A stretch of DNA of 10,759 nt from Gemmatimonadales bacterium (GTDB lineage Bacteria; Gemmatimonadota; Gemmatimonadetes; Gemmatimonadales; GWC2-71-9): assembly GCA_039794085.1 (NCBI GenBank), contig JBDIWC010000090.1, positions 1 to 10,759 on the forward strand. The letters run 5' to 3'. The first letter of the stretch is position 1, and every line of letters begins with the position of its first letter. The notes under the pieces were generated by a model. It searched no databases and was not told the origin of the DNA. It saw only the letters and a program-made list of their open reading frames with translations. Below are positions 1 to 7,434 of the stretch, one piece after another. A program made the translations under genes and the position numbers.

Positions 1-129
1 GAAGATAGTGCGGCTCTACAACTGGACACGCCGTGCGTATCGCCGTGTAAGAGGAGGTCCCTAGACGACGCGGGGCGAAACCCGAGACTAGGATCCGAAC
101 CGCGCTCGTAATGCGGGCGGGCGGCGCGT

Positions 130-186
130 GGGGGGCGGGGCGGGGGGGGGGGAAGAGGAGGGGGGGAGGAGAAGGGGAGGGGGAGG
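130..186. repeat. G/purine-rich low-complexity tract
   Basis: Six G-runs of 4-11 nt (130-135, 137-140, 142-152, 160-166, 174-177, 179-183) separated by C, A or short purine segments. Confidence 0.7.
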
Positions 187-206
187 CCTGTTTCACGTGA
201 AACAGG
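187..206. promoter_or_regulatory. parS: parS centromere-like site (ParB binding)
   Basis: TGTTTCACGTGAAACA at 189-204 is a perfect match to the canonical 16-bp parS palindrome, extended to a 20-bp perfect palindrome CCTGTTTCACGTGAAACAGG. It lies just downstream of mnmG, which is usually origin-proximal. Confidence 0.92.
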
Positions 207-252
207 AAGCCTACTTGTCACCGGCATGGGAACCCAACTCCTGGCTTAAAGT

Positions 253-274
253 CTTCAAACTTCAAACTTCAAAC
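253..274. repeat. (CTTCAAA)x3 heptamer tandem repeat overlapping the mnmG stop codon
   Basis: CTTCAAA at 253, 260 and 267. The minus-strand stop TGA (262-264) and the last codons (FEV) lie inside it. Confidence 0.75.
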
Positions 275-2112
275 CGGAGAACTGCAACAGCGAGATTCTG
301 GACGTCCGACGGGGTCACACCGGGAACCCTCGCCGCCTGCCCCAGGGTGTCCGGCCGCACAACCCCCAGCTTCTCCCGCGCCTCAAAGGAGATGGTCTCC
401 ACCCCCGTGTAGTCAATTCCCGGCGGAATCTCCACCGCCTCCATCCTCTCCATCCGTGCCACCATCTCCCTCTCCCGCCCCAGGTACCCCTCGTATTTGA
501 GCTCCGTGTCCGCCCAATGGACCTCCTCTCCAGGGGCCTCAACACCCACGGCATCGAAGAGATCAGCCAGGCCAACTCCCGGGCGCCGAGAAATCTCCGA
601 AATCCTGACGGGCTCCTTGATCCCGGTCGAAGCAGCTCCTCGGAGCACGCCGTGAGCCTGTTCCGGAGATATCCTCGTCCCATGGGCCGCCTGTAGCCAC
701 TTCTCCTCGCGCTCCAGCCTCGATTCCGCCCCCTCCCGCTCCTCTTCCGACAAGAGGTGGAGCCGATCCGCCAGCGGGTAGAACCGCCGCAGTGCATTGT
801 CCTGCCGCAGCAGGAGCCGGAACTCCGCCCGGGAGGTGAAGAGGCGGTAGGGCTCATCAACCCCCCGGGTCACCAGATCATCCACCATCACCCCGATGAA
901 TCCATCCTCCCGCCCGATGATCACCGGCTCCCGTCCCAGGGCCCAGGCCGCAGCATTGAGACCCGCCACCACCCCCTGCCCCGCAGCTTCCTCGTAACCG
1001 GTAGTCCCGTTGACCTGCCCAGCGAAGTACAGCCCCTGCAACGACTTGACTCTCAATGTTCTGTCGAGCTGAGTCGGCGGGAAGTAGTCATACTCGATGG
1101 CATACCCCGGGCGGGTCATCTCGACCGCCTCCAGCCCCGGGACACTTCGAAGGTAGGCGACCTGAACCGCCGGAGGAAGTGAGGTCGAGAGACCGTTCAC
1201 GTACATCTCCCTGGTCTCCAGTCCCTCCGGTTCCAGGAAGACCTGATGCCGCGCCGCGTCGGGGAAGCGGACGATCTTGTCCTCGATCGAAGGGCAGTAC
1301 CGCGGTCCCCTCCCGCTGATCGCCCCACCGTACATCGCCGACTCACCGATATGGCGAGAGATGATCTCCCTCGTCTCGGCGGTGGTCCAGGTCAGGAAGC
1401 AGGGGAGTTGCGGCGGGTGCTCCGCCCTCGTGTAGTGCGAAAACCAGTACGGCTCCGTCTCCCCATCCTGGCGGTGAAGCGCCTCCAGCCTGGCCGACCT
1501 CCCATCGATCCTCGGCGGCGTTCCCGTCTTGAAGCGTTCTACTGTAACACCAATATCTGCAATGCTTTGCGACATCTCAATGGAAGGACTCTCCCCCGCC
1601 CTCCCCGCCGGAATCCTGGTGTCAAGCCCCAGATGGATGGTGCCACGAAGGAAGGTACCGGCAGTCACAACCACGCTCCCCGCCTCATACCGCCGACCAT
1701 CGGTGAGACGAACCCCCGTCACCGTCGTCCCCATCATCTCCAGTCGGGACACCGTCCCCTGGGTAAAGCCCAGACCCGGTAGACGCTCCAGCAACGACCT
1801 TACGGCGCGTCGATAGAGGCCGCGATCGCATTGCGCCCGAGGGCTCCAGACCGCCGGTCCCTTCGACCGGTTGAGCATCCGGAACTGAATCCGCGCCAGG
1901 TCGGTGGCCCGCCCCATGATTCCGCCCAGCGCATCCACCTCCCGGACCACGGTCCCCTTGGCGATCCCTCCGATGGCGGGATTGCAGGACATCTGGCCGA
2001 TGGTCTCGAGATTCTGGGTCAGGAGCAGCACCCGGGCGCCGGCGCGCGATGCCATCGCCGCCGCTTCCGCGCCGGCATGGCCCCCTCCGATGACAATGAC
2101 GTCGAACCGCAT
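262..2112 (-). CDS. mnmG: tRNA uridine-5-carboxymethylaminomethyl(34) synthesis enzyme MnmG (GidA)
   Basis: FAD-binding GGGHAG, SCNPAIGG, RFKTGTPPR, GPRYCPSIEDK, FAGQVNGTTGYEEAAGQG and EPYRLFTSRAEFRLLLRQDNA motifs. Start moved from the ORF-track 2127 to the ATG at 2112 (MRFDVIVIGGG), giving 616 aa. Confidence 0.98.
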   Translation of the reverse strand: MRFDVIVIGGGHAGAEAAAMASRAGARVLLLTQNLETIGQMSCNPAIGGIAKGTVVREVDALGGIMGRATDLARIQFRMLNRSKGPAVWSPRAQCDRGLYRRAVRSLLERLPGLGFTQGTVSRLEMMGTTVTGVRLTDGRRYEAGSVVVTAGTFLRGTIHLGLDTRIPAGRAGESPSIEMSQSIADIGVTVERFKTGTPPRIDGRSARLEALHRQDGETEPYWFSHYTRAEHPPQLPCFLTWTTAETREIISRHIGESAMYGGAISGRGPRYCPSIEDKIVRFPDAARHQVFLEPEGLETREMYVNGLSTSLPPAVQVAYLRSVPGLEAVEMTRPGYAIEYDYFPPTQLDRTLRVKSLQGLYFAGQVNGTTGYEEAAGQGVVAGLNAAAWALGREPVIIGREDGFIGVMVDDLVTRGVDEPYRLFTSRAEFRLLLRQDNALRRFYPLADRLHLLSEEEREGAESRLEREEKWLQAAHGTRISPEQAHGVLRGAASTGIKEPVRISEISRRPGVGLADLFDAVGVEAPGEEVHWADTELKYEGYLGREREMVARMERMEAVEIPPGIDYTGVETISFEAREKLGVVRPDTLGQAARVPGVTPSDVQNLAVAVLRFEV

Positions 2113-2118
2113 CCCCGA

Positions 2119-2124
2119 AAGGTA
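2119..2124 (-). promoter_or_regulatory. possible -10 element (TACCTT) for a leaderless mnmG transcript
   Basis: The minus strand reads TTG-TACCTT-TCGGGG-ATG: a TAnnnT hexamer 6 nt before the ATG. No Shine-Dalgarno and no convincing -35. Confidence 0.3.
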
Positions 2125-2184
2125 CAAGCGGCGCGATCTTCTTGCGCTACGTCAGTACCACGGGATAGCGGCAGGAAAAGACTC

Positions 2185-2265
2185 AACCACGAAAAGGCAC
2201 AAAAACCACACGAAAACAAGTGGGGGGGCGGGGCCTGTTCGTGTGCTTTCGTGTCTTTCGTGGTT
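2185..2265. repeat. intergenic palindromic (REP-like) element, AACCACGAAA family, copy 1
   Basis: AACCACGAAAAGGCACAAAAACCACACGAA ... TTCGTGTGCTTTCGTGTCTTTCGTGGTT: an imperfect inverted repeat with perfect 10-bp termini. Confidence 0.85.
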
Positions 2266-2332
2266 CCCTAACAAACTTGACCCGGCCAGTTCCCGGTACG
2301 CGCCGTGGAACAACACTCACAAACGCCTCGCG

Positions 2333-3658
2333 CTACCGGGCCCGCACCCATTGGAGGATGTCCTTCACACTGGCCCGCTTCCCGTAGCTCAAGACCCCCA
2401 CCCGGTAGATCCGGCTCGCGATCCAGGTGATGGCCAGCATCCCGATCACGGTCACGAACACCGAGAGGGCGAGGGTCTCCACTCCAAGGGGAGAGATGGA
2501 GTAGCGCACCGGGATCACGAACGGGGTGAAGAACGGGATCACGCTCAGAATCTCGGCGAGGCTCCCGTTCGGATCGTTGAGCAGCGCGAACATCGACATC
2601 AGCCCGCCGATGACGAGCATGGTGACGGGGAACTGGACCTGTTGGGTATCCTGCACCGTGTTGCACATCGCACCCACCGCGGCGTACATGGCGGCAAAGA
2701 GCAGGAACCCGAGAACGAAGAAGAGTAAGAACACGACGAGCAGGTCGCCGGGCATCGTGGGGATGGGAATGTTGGCGAGCCCCTCGGTGGGGAGTCCGAA
2801 GAATTGCGCGATCTCGATTCGCCAGGTCGTAAGCGCGCTCGCCGTCCCGGCCCAGATCCCGATCTGCAGGAGCCCCACCGACCCGACACCGAGCACCTTG
2901 CCCAGCATCATCTGGAACGGAGTGAGACTGGAGGCGAGAATCTCGATGATCCGGTTGGACTTCTCCTCGACCACGGAGTTCATCACCTGGATCCCATAGA
3001 TCAGCAGCGCGAAGTAGAGAATGAACGACATGGCGTATGCCAGGAAGAACGACGCCTCGCCGCTCTCCCCCGTCAGCTTCCCGTCCGCCACCTTCCTGGT
3101 GACCATGTTCACCGGACCCATGGCGCGGGTCACCACTCCGGGGTCGACTCCTTCCCGCTCGAGACGCTCCGCAAGCACAAGCGGTCGTACCCGCGTTTCG
3201 AGCAGACGCATGTCGGACGGGCTCCCGACGTTGGCGCCGAGATAGGTGATGGCGCCGGTGAGAACGGCATCCTCGGTCACGAGCAGGAGGCCGTCAAAGT
3301 TCTCCGCGCTCTCCGCCGCCTTCCGCTTGCTGAGCCCGGTATAGGAGATGAGCGAGTCCTGCACCTCGAGCAGCCGCTCCCCGGCCATCACCAGAACCGG
3401 ATCGTACAACGGCACCGCGTCGGGTCCGTCCCCCCGGGTGGCCGCCGCGAGCGCGGCTTCCACCCGCGCACCGAGATCGCCTTGGGCCGCGTCAATCACG
3501 GCGATGCGTTTGGCCCCGCTGGTGCGCGTGAGGAGAAGCGCGGGAAGGAACATCATCCCAATGATGAACACCGGAAAGAGCACGGTGGCGATGACAAAGG
3601 CGCGGGTGCGAACCCGCTCCACGAACTCCCGGCGAATGACCGCAAACACCTTGTTCAT
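2333..3658 (-). CDS. ABC-2 type exporter permease (NatB/YhaP-like)
   Basis: N-terminal MNKVFAVIRREFVERVRT plus one TM helix, a large extracytoplasmic loop, the VVEEKSNRIIEILASS...MLGKVLG motif and several C-terminal TM helices. The start overlaps the ATPase stop (ATGA at 3655-3658). Confidence 0.92.
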   Translation of the reverse strand: MNKVFAVIRREFVERVRTRAFVIATVLFPVFIIGMMFLPALLLTRTSGAKRIAVIDAAQGDLGARVEAALAAATRGDGPDAVPLYDPVLVMAGERLLEVQDSLISYTGLSKRKAAESAENFDGLLLVTEDAVLTGAITYLGANVGSPSDMRLLETRVRPLVLAERLEREGVDPGVVTRAMGPVNMVTRKVADGKLTGESGEASFFLAYAMSFILYFALLIYGIQVMNSVVEEKSNRIIEILASSLTPFQMMLGKVLGVGSVGLLQIGIWAGTASALTTWRIEIAQFFGLPTEGLANIPIPTMPGDLLVVFLLFFVLGFLLFAAMYAAVGAMCNTVQDTQQVQFPVTMLVIGGLMSMFALLNDPNGSLAEILSVIPFFTPFVIPVRYSISPLGVETLALSVFVTVIGMLAITWIASRIYRVGVLSYGKRASVKDILQWVRAR

Positions 3659-4611
3659 GCAACCTCCCTGGCGGGGGCGGAGGCGGCATCCGAACCAACC
3701 TTCGCGATAAAAATCGCCTGCAGCGACGGCTCGACCACCTCGAAGCGGGTCAGGCCAACATCGGCCTCCACCAGTGCGCGGAGGAGCCGGTCGGGGTCAC
3801 CCCCCTGCGCCATCTCCACCTCGGCGCTCGCCCCGTAGTCGTCCACCTTGGCCACCAGAGCGCGGTCCCGAAGCACCCGGGCGGCGCCTTCCGCGTTGCG
3901 ATGAAAGCCCAGGGCCACGTGGCGCCCCCCGAACTCCCGCTTCACATCGCTCACCTTCCCATCCACCACCTTCTCCCCCCGGGCGATGATCGCCACCCGG
4001 TCGCACATCCGCTCGGCCTGCTCCATGATATGGGTGGAGAAGAGCACGGTCCGGCCCTGCCGGGAAAGATCCACCACCACGTCCCGCATCACCTGGCTGT
4101 TCACCGGATCGAGCCCGCTGAACGGCTCGTCGAGAATCACCAGCTCCGGCTCGTGGATGAGGGTGCCGATGAACTGTACCTTCTGCTGCATCCCCTTGGA
4201 GAGGTCCTCCACCTTCTTCTGGCCCCAGTCGGAAAGCCCGAGGCGACCAAGCCATTCCGTTCCCCGTCGGCGCGCGTCGGACCGGGAGATTCCCTTCGCC
4301 TCCCCGAGGAAGATGACGTGGTCGAGTACCTTCATCTTCTTATAGAGACCCCGCTCTTCGGGCAGGTAACCGATCCGGGTGGAAAGGTCCCGGCTGGAAC
4401 CGACCGAGCCGAGCATCCGCACCGTTCCCTCGTCCGGAAGAATGATGTTCATCATCATGCGGATGGCCGTGGACTTGCCGGCCCCGTTCGGACCGAGCAG
4501 GCCGAAGATGCCACCGCGCGGGACATCGAGCGAGAAGTCACGCACAGCCGTGTGACCGGAAAACCGCTTGGTCACATGACTCAGATGGATCACGGCGTCG
4601 GTGGCCGTCAT
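3655..4611 (-). CDS. ABC transporter ATP-binding protein (NatA/YhaQ-like, probable C-terminal DUF4162-type domain)
   Basis: Walker A GPNGAGKS, GYLPEERGLY, signature LSKGMQQK, Walker B VILDEPFSGLDP, H-loop STH, C-terminal EPSLQAIF. Start set at ATG 4611 (MTATDAVI), which has GGAG 6 nt upstream. The ORF-track extension to 4797 looks non-coding. Confidence 0.94.
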   Translation of the reverse strand: MTATDAVIHLSHVTKRFSGHTAVRDFSLDVPRGGIFGLLGPNGAGKSTAIRMMMNIILPDEGTVRMLGSVGSSRDLSTRIGYLPEERGLYKKMKVLDHVIFLGEAKGISRSDARRRGTEWLGRLGLSDWGQKKVEDLSKGMQQKVQFIGTLIHEPELVILDEPFSGLDPVNSQVMRDVVVDLSRQGRTVLFSTHIMEQAERMCDRVAIIARGEKVVDGKVSDVKREFGGRHVALGFHRNAEGAARVLRDRALVAKVDDYGASAEVEMAQGGDPDRLLRALVEADVGLTRFEVVEPSLQAIFIAKVGSDAASAPAREVA

Positions 4612-4649
4612 GGGCTGCTCCGGAAAGTCAGTGAGTAAGGCGCCTCTCC

Positions 4650-4676
4650 TACGGGGTGGGGTGCGACAAGGTTTCG
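4650..4676 (-). promoter_or_regulatory. putative ECF-sigma (SigW-like) promoter of the ABC operon
   Basis: The minus strand reads cGAAAC-N17-CGTA about 40 nt upstream of the ATPase ATG, resembling the TGAAAC-N16/17-CGTA consensus. Confidence 0.4.
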
Positions 4677-4791
4677 GTCTGACCTTTTCGTTCCAGAGGG
4701 AAACACCCGAGTGTCCTACGCCGAACCACCTATTCGCTGAATCCTTGCCTCTCCACCGACAAGGGTGACCAGCGGGACCGAAACGATATGG

Positions 4792-4863
4792 AACCACGAA
4801 ATATACGAAAATGCGCGAACAGAGGCCCCCCCTTTTTCGTGTCCTTTCGTGCCTTTCGTGGTT
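4792..4863. repeat. AACCACGAAA-family palindromic element, copy 2
   Basis: AACCACGAAATATACGAAAATGCGCGAA ... TTCGTGTCCTTTCGTGCCTTTCGTGGTT. Confidence 0.85.
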
Positions 4864-4917
4864 AAAAGCCTTTCCGTCTCACGGGACAGCCGATCCCGGC
4901 GGGCCAGGACAACATCG

Positions 4918-4998
4918 AACCACGAAATACACGAAAATGCGCGAACAGAAGCCTCCTCTCACCGCCCCTTTCGTGTTCTTTCATTTCTTTTCGTGGTT
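4918..4998. repeat. AACCACGAAA-family palindromic element, copy 3
   Basis: AACCACGAAATACACGAAAATGCGCGAA ... TTCGTGTTCTTTCATTTCTTTTCGTGGTT. The left arm differs from copy 2 at one position over ~33 bp. Confidence 0.85.
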
Positions 4999-5083
4999 GA
5001 GCGTGAGTCTCTCGGGGGTCCTGAGGTCTTCCGGCCCACAGGGCGACGCGTGGTCGTGGTCAGGGGATGGGTGTCGGACCGGC

Positions 5084-6298
5084 TCAGAACATCGGCTGGA
5101 GTGACGCGATCCCGTTGTTCAGGTCCGAGATCCAGAGCAACCCGTTGTGCAGCTGGGGAGCCCATGCCCGGGTGCCGGCCTGGAAGGGTGGGGTCCCTTC
5201 GCCGAACGGAAAGACCTGGCCGAGCATGCGATTCCCCTGGCCGAGGTCCCCCTGGAGGGTGCCACTGACATCCAGAACCACGATCCCCTCGCCATACCAC
5301 GCGACGTAGAGGACCTCGCGGGATTCATCCACCCAGAAGTTGTGGGGTGGGTCCCGGTTGAGCGGGGTGCTGAACGTCGCAACCTCCTGGGGGCTCCGGA
5401 GGTCGCTCACGTCCACCACATGCAGTATCCCTGGCGCGCGGGGGCCTGTGTCCCCCGCGAACTCCTCCTCCCCCACGAACACCAGACCGCGGGCCGGCCA
5501 ATACCAGGCGTTGTGGGTCTGGCCACCCAGAGCAATGCGTGACACCTCGACCGGGGCAGCGGGACTCCCCCCGGCGATTCCGTTGCCGACGTCGAGGATG
5601 ATCAGGCCCGCATTCCAGAAGGAAAGAAAGGCGAGCCCGTCCCGCACCAGGACATCGTGGATGAACCCGTCAGGATCGCTGAAACGGGCCAGCGTTGTTG
5701 GGGTGGCTGGATCGGAGATGTCGATGATGTGGAGCTGTCCCTCCCCCACCGGCCCGTTCTGCGCCACGTAGAGAACGTCTCCCTCGATCCAGACGTTGTG
5801 GACGCCCCGCTCGAGTCCCTCGGTGAACCGGGTGATCACCTTGGGATGTGCCGGATCGGCCAGGCTGAGCAGAGTGACTCCATTCACTTGGTCGGGCGAC
5901 GACTCATGGGTCATCACGGCCACCGTTCCCGCAGCATTGACCTTCACATCGTTCACTCGGCGGGCGTTGACGATCACCGAGTCGGTGATCCGGGGAGCGG
6001 CCGGCGAACTGATGTCCCAGGCCAGGAGGGCGTTCCCCTCTCCCCGCTCGGCGCCGAGGAAGACGGATCCGGTGTAGGCATGGTTGCCGTGGACCCAGAT
6101 GTCCGTCGTGAACCGGTTCATCACACGACCGGTTCCGACCACGAGGAGCGGGGGGGGAGGCGGGGTTGGGGGAGGTGATACCGGGGGAATCGAGGTCGGA
6201 TCATCTCCACCCCCACACCCCAAGACAGCGATCGACAGGACGAGGCCCCTGAGAGACCAGCGAAGATCGGCCGACCCGAGTGTATCGCGCGCCATCAT
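5084..6298 (-). CDS. LVIVD-repeat (beta-propeller) putative lipoprotein
   Basis: Hydrophobic signal with lipobox-like VLG-C, a Gly/Pro linker (GGGDDPT...PPPTPPPPP), and repeats LLAWDISSPAAP, LHIIDISDPATP, LIILDVGN, LHVVDVSDLRSP, IVVLDVS. Start is ATG 6298 or 6295 (GGAG upstream) rather than 6388. Confidence 0.82.
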   Translation of the reverse strand: MMARDTLGSADLRWSLRGLVLSIAVLGCGGGDDPTSIPPVSPPPTPPPPPLLVVGTGRVMNRFTTDIWVHGNHAYTGSVFLGAERGEGNALLAWDISSPAAPRITDSVIVNARRVNDVKVNAAGTVAVMTHESSPDQVNGVTLLSLADPAHPKVITRFTEGLERGVHNVWIEGDVLYVAQNGPVGEGQLHIIDISDPATPTTLARFSDPDGFIHDVLVRDGLAFLSFWNAGLIILDVGNGIAGGSPAAPVEVSRIALGGQTHNAWYWPARGLVFVGEEEFAGDTGPRAPGILHVVDVSDLRSPQEVATFSTPLNRDPPHNFWVDESREVLYVAWYGEGIVVLDVSGTLQGDLGQGNRMLGQVFPFGEGTPPFQAGTRAWAPQLHNGLLWISDLNNGIASLQPMF

Positions 6299-6420
6299 CG
6301 GCTCCGCTGAGAGGAGGGAAGGAATGCCATCGTTCTGACAATGGACGTCCGGCGGATCACACCCGAACACACCATCTCCCTGCCACACAGAAGTAAGCGC
6401 TGTAGTAGTTGCTCTTACAA

Positions 6421-7365
6421 CTACTGGCTGGACGACCTCTGCATCAGTGGATCGATGAACCGCTCCATCTCCCGCCGAAGGTTGGCGTCGGGCAGGCGAC
6501 CCCGTGCAGCTCCCAGGTTGTCCTCCGCATGATGGGGCTTGGTGGTTCCGGGAATCGGGATGACGGTCCCGGGCGCCGACATGATGTACTTGAGGAGCAC
6601 CTGGGCCCAGGTCGTGGCGTCGATGTCCGCAGCCCAGGACGGCAGGGAGTGCTCGCGGACGGCGGCGAACATCCGCCCCCGGCCGAAGGGGAGATTGGTG
6701 AGCACGGCGACCCCCTGGTCGGCGGCGAGGGGCAACAGGCGTTCCGCGGCCTCGCGGTTCCCCAGGGAAAAGTCGACCTGGATGAAATCGAGGCGGTGCT
6801 TCTTCAGGGCGGCTTCGACGTCCCCGTACTGCCGTTCGCTCGAGGTCGTGACGCCGATGTGCCGGAACCGGCCCTGCTCCTTCCAGTCCTTCATCGTCTC
6901 CAGCTGAACATCCGTGGCGATCATGTTGTGCACCTGCATGAGGTCGATGGTGTCACCGCCGAGAAGGGAGAAGGAATTCTCCATCCGTTCGATGCCGCTT
7001 TCCCGGTCGCGGCGATCCACCTTGGTCGCAATGAAGAGATCGTTCCGCACCCCCAGGCCCTTCATGATCCCTCCGAGGATCTCCTCGGAATTCCCATAGT
7101 TGGGGGAGGTATCGATGAGCTTCCCGCCGAGCCGGTGGAAGGTCTCGATGGTGGCGCGAAATTCAGCCATTTCGGGCGCATCGGGGGTGCCCCGATAGTT
7201 CCGGCCACCGATCCCGACACCCGGGATCTTCACCCCGCTGGACGGGATGGTGCGCAGGATGAGATCCTGAGGTCGGCTGGCAAAGAGGGGATGATACCGG
7301 GTGACGGCGGCGGTGAGGCCGGCGCCGAGACCCAGCTTGAGGATGTCTCTCCGGGAGAAGGTCAT
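6421..7365 (-). CDS. aldo/keto reductase with twin-arginine (Tat) signal peptide
   Basis: SRRDILK followed by a Gly/Ala-rich hydrophobic segment. AKR catalytic tetrad contexts IDTSPNYG (D, Y), ATKV (K) and LMQVHN (H), plus IGVT and IPIPGTTKPHHAEDNL. AGGAGG RBS upstream. Confidence 0.93.
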   Translation of the reverse strand: MTFSRRDILKLGLGAGLTAAVTRYHPLFASRPQDLILRTIPSSGVKIPGVGIGGRNYRGTPDAPEMAEFRATIETFHRLGGKLIDTSPNYGNSEEILGGIMKGLGVRNDLFIATKVDRRDRESGIERMENSFSLLGGDTIDLMQVHNMIATDVQLETMKDWKEQGRFRHIGVTTSSERQYGDVEAALKKHRLDFIQVDFSLGNREAAERLLPLAADQGVAVLTNLPFGRGRMFAAVREHSLPSWAADIDATTWAQVLLKYIMSAPGTVIPIPGTTKPHHAEDNLGAARGRLPDANLRREMERFIDPLMQRSSSQ

Positions 7366-7434
7366 CGGATTCCTCCTGGTGGGGGTGGTGAAGTGACAAT
7401 GACGACCGTCCGAAGCATGGCGCTTTCTTGAGCG

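Noticed and set aside
2..64. Possible 3' end of a plus-strand gene (KIVRLYNWTRRAYRRVRGGP-stop)
   Set aside because: Only 20 codons are visible and unrecognisable; the stretch could equally be promoter DNA for a leftward gene.
57..128. Possible riboswitch or ncRNA (CCTAG...CGGG-GCGAAA-CCCG...CTAGG)
   Set aside because: Stems are short and I cannot match a known family. An Rfam/Infernal search would be needed.
4765..5268. ORFs with repeated NHEIYENARTEA / FVPFVV peptides
   Set aside because: These are translations of the AACCACGAAA palindromic elements.
6368..6418. Minus-strand TGGCAG-N5-TGGT as a sigma-54 promoter, and GTAAGCGC-N10-GCTCTTAC as a terminator
   Set aside because: The -12 GC is missing, and the hairpin is weak, mismatched and lacks a U-tract.
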